In this document: positions 61,101 through 64,000 of the stretch, piece by piece
How positions within the stretch are numbered: position 1 is the stretch's first letter
How the letters are laid out: every line of letters starts with the position of its first letter
Source: Torpedo marmorata
Taxonomy: Eukaryota
Direction: 5' to 3'
Assembly (NCBI GenBank): GCA_977017645.1
Contig: OZ360219.1
Span: 253,952,001-254,016,000, forward strand
DNA: 64,000 bases
Notes under the pieces: generated by a model
What the model saw: only the letters and a program-made list of their open reading frames with translations
Told to the model about the DNA's origin: nothing
The model's database searches: none
Translations under genes and position numbers: made by a program

Positions 61101-64000
61101 TAAAACCAAATGATTCGTGGACAGATTCCCTCGCTGCAAATAACAGCAAATGAACCCCCTCATCCCAATCCTTTTCCTTCTCACAACAATAAGTTCTATT
61201 CATATTTTTCAAAGTCGAATGGAACCTCTCGAAGGCCCCTTGACTTTCTGGATGGTATGCAGAGGATACAATCTGTTTAACTCCAAGTCTATCAACCACT
61301 TGTTGGAATACGCCTGACATGAAATTACTACCCTGATCTGATTGAATTTCCCTTGGCAAACCTACCAAGGTGAAAAACTTTACCATAGCCTTTAAATTAC
61401 CTTTGCCTTAATGTTTCTCAGAGGAATGGCCTCTGGAAATCTGGTGGCTGGACACATAATTGTTAACAAATACTCATTCTCCGCTTTGGTTTTGGGCAAT
61501 GGACCAACACAGTCCACAATCACTCTCGAGAATGGCTCACTGAAAGCAGGGATAGGTTGCAAGGGTGCCACCGGGGGACCCTGATTAGGTTTACCCACCA
61601 CCTGACAAGTGTGACAGGCCCGGCAAAAGCTTACAACATCCCTTCTTAAACTGGGCGAATAAAATTGTTTCATTATCTTCCGTATAATTTTCTTCACCCC
61701 AAGGTGACCACCTAAGGGTGTGCTATGAGCCAAAGTTATTATTTTGTCCCTATATACTTTAGGGATCACAATCTGATGCACTACTGCCCATTCTTCATTG
61801 GCAGGAACATCACATGGTCTCCACTTTCTCATCAACACCCCACCTTTTTCATAATAACCAACTGGCACCTTCTTAATCTCCTCTTCAGAGAGAACCTTAT
61901 CCCTCACCTCAGAAAAATCAGGATCCTCCTTTTGCCTTGCTATTAGCTCCTGTCGGGATAGTGACAAATCAGTGCCTTTACGTGTCTTATCAGTGTATGG
62001 GTCTATCACAGGAGATTGCTCAACTTTTTCCAGGTGTTTTTGATTATCACCGAATTTTTCTTTCACCAATTTATTTTCCACTGCCTTCTCTACAGTGAAA
62101 TTTTTCTTAGACATGGCCCTGGTTATGGCACATGCCGGATAAATATCAGAGTCCTCCTCTGACTTATCAATGACTGGCTCTGTGGTCATTTGCACTGCAG
62201 GAACTACTTTACCCTCAGCCAAGTCATTGCCTAGCAACAGTGAGACTCCTTCTACTGGCAACTCTGATTTCACTCCTGCTATAACAGGTCCTCCCACCAA
62301 GGCTGATTTCAGCACTATTTTGTGAAAATGAATGAACTCAACATCAGCCCCAATTCCTTTAATTAAATTCATTTCACCGGTGTCAGTGGCTTCACAAAAT
62401 TCCAAGACACTATCTAACACAAGTGACTGAGCAGCTCCAGTATCTCGCAAGATTTTCACTGGAACTTGCTTTGATCCTGCTTTAACTGAAACAAAACCAT
62501 CAGTTTAAATACATCCCTAACTTTGTCAGTAAATTTGTCTCCTACCTGGGTGTAATGCCTCTCCTCACTCTGAATACAAGCATTAGGTGTTGCATCCTTT
62601 TCTCTCTTCTTTTTCAACACTGGACAGCTTGCTAGCATATGACCAGCCTTCCTACAGTAGTGGTAAATGGGACACGAAAGGTTTTCACTTTTCCACTTTC
62701 CTTCATCTCTTTCCTTAACACAACTTCCAAATTTACTTTCCACTTGCTTGGGATTATCCACAGTGCCCTTTTGGAAAATTCTGCCTGACGTCCACTTAGA
62801 CTTGTGGGTTAAAGTATATTCATCTGCTAACTTAGCTGAATTTTGCCAAGTTTTCACCTCATTTTCATCTAAGTATGCCTTAATATCCTCAGGAACACAC
62901 CTTTTTATCTCCTCAATTGTTTACCGCCTTAGATGTGCACCACCGTTCAAAAGACACAACCTTTTCATAGGCAAACTCGGTGTAAAATTGGGTTGCTGAT
63001 CTTTTTAAATTTCTAAACTTCTGACTATAAGTCTCTGGAACTAACTCATAAGCCTGGAGTTTAGCCTTTTTCACCATTTCATAATCAGCAGCTTGCTCTG
63101 TGGTAAGAGTAGAATAAGCTTGCTGAGCTTTTCCTTTAATTACACTTTGTAACACAAGAGACCATTTGTCTAGTGGCCATTTTAATTTCACAGCCACCTT
63201 TTCAAAATGTTGGAAGTACTTATCTATTTCCGCCTCCTCAAATGGAGGAACCAACCTAACTTCACTAGTGGCCAAAAACCTCTCAACAGGACCACAAATT
63301 TGATCTTGGGTTTCTTCTTGTCTCCTCTCATTTTCCAACTTAATCTTTTCCAGCTCATATTGCCTAATTTTCTCCTCTGCCTCCAAGTCTAATCTCTTTT
63401 GTTCCAATTCCCTGTCTAATTTCTTTTGTTCCCTGGCTACCTCCAAGTCTAAACTCTTTTGTTCTAATTCCAATTTCTTTAGTTCCAACTGTATGTTTTC
63501 AGATGGTTTACCCTTGGGAAACTGCTCTAACACGCTCTCCTCAAACTTTTTCCCTTTTATATAGTATTTGGCAAGTTTTCTCTCAATCTCCGCCTTTTTC
63601 ATTGATGGTTTTACAGAAGCAATGCCCAACTCTGTTGCTATAGCCACTAACTGTTCGTTTTTAGGTTTTTTAAAGTATCAGGTTCGGGTGATTAAAAAAA
63701 AATTCTATCTCCAGTGTTGCTGGTTTATGTTACACACACACTAGCTTTTAACTAGCTTTACAAAAGAATGTCTTAAACCAGACTGGGATTCCTTCAATTA
63801 CCAAGATGGATCTTGATTCAAATCCTTGGACAAGCCCCCAATTTGTTACAAACTCAAACCAGCAACGACAGAAGATGCAATGCAAAAGGGGTAAAATTGA
63901 AATTTATATTTATTAAAGACAATTAAATATATAATTTCTTAACAATTAACCCCACTATAAACGTCTATAATCACTATTCTTATCTAAAGTGTGTGTGTGT
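58183..64000 (-). mobile_element. Second Gmr1-like Gypsy element (same family as 33713-40478), inverted, more degenerate, 5' LTR runs off the window
   Basis: 3' LTR 58183-59035, PPT 59036-59047, degenerate tRNA-Pro PBS 63822-63840, 5' LTR from 63844. ORF fragments are collinear with copy 1. Confidence 0.93.
59170..63720 (-). pseudogene. Fragmented Gmr1-like gag-PR-IN-RT-RH
   Basis: ORFs 62913-63647, 62456-62857, 61392-62459, 61057-61386, 60361-61002, 59948-60367 and 59337-59906 each match the first copy. Confidence 0.9.

Overview
Repeat-dense eukaryotic DNA with no recognisable intact host gene. The repeat set (CR1, Rex1/Babar, L1, V-SINEs, Penelope-like remnants, Gmr1-like and Mag-like Gypsy, BEL/Pao, hAT and TcMar MITEs) suggests a cartilaginous fish; this is an inference. 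There are four LTR retrotransposons, two solo LTRs, several LINE/SINE fragments and MITEs, and two assembly gaps. The main finding is a young BEL/Pao-derived LTR element (22211-28095, minus strand, LTRs ~99.6% identical, TSD GTTAA). It lacks RT, RNase H and integrase. Its single reading frame fuses an SLTM/SAFB-like SAP N-terminus, BEL Gag plus protease, and a coiled-coil tail resembling host MIPOL1, interrupted by one TAA. This element and a neighbouring Mag-like Gypsy element both lack a TGG tRNA primer-binding site. Each instead has 13-14 nt perfectly complementary to its own LTR, suggesting self-priming. Degenerate minimal hammerhead-ribozyme motifs recur in Penelope-like termini. Protein similarities are from recollection of the families, not from database searches.
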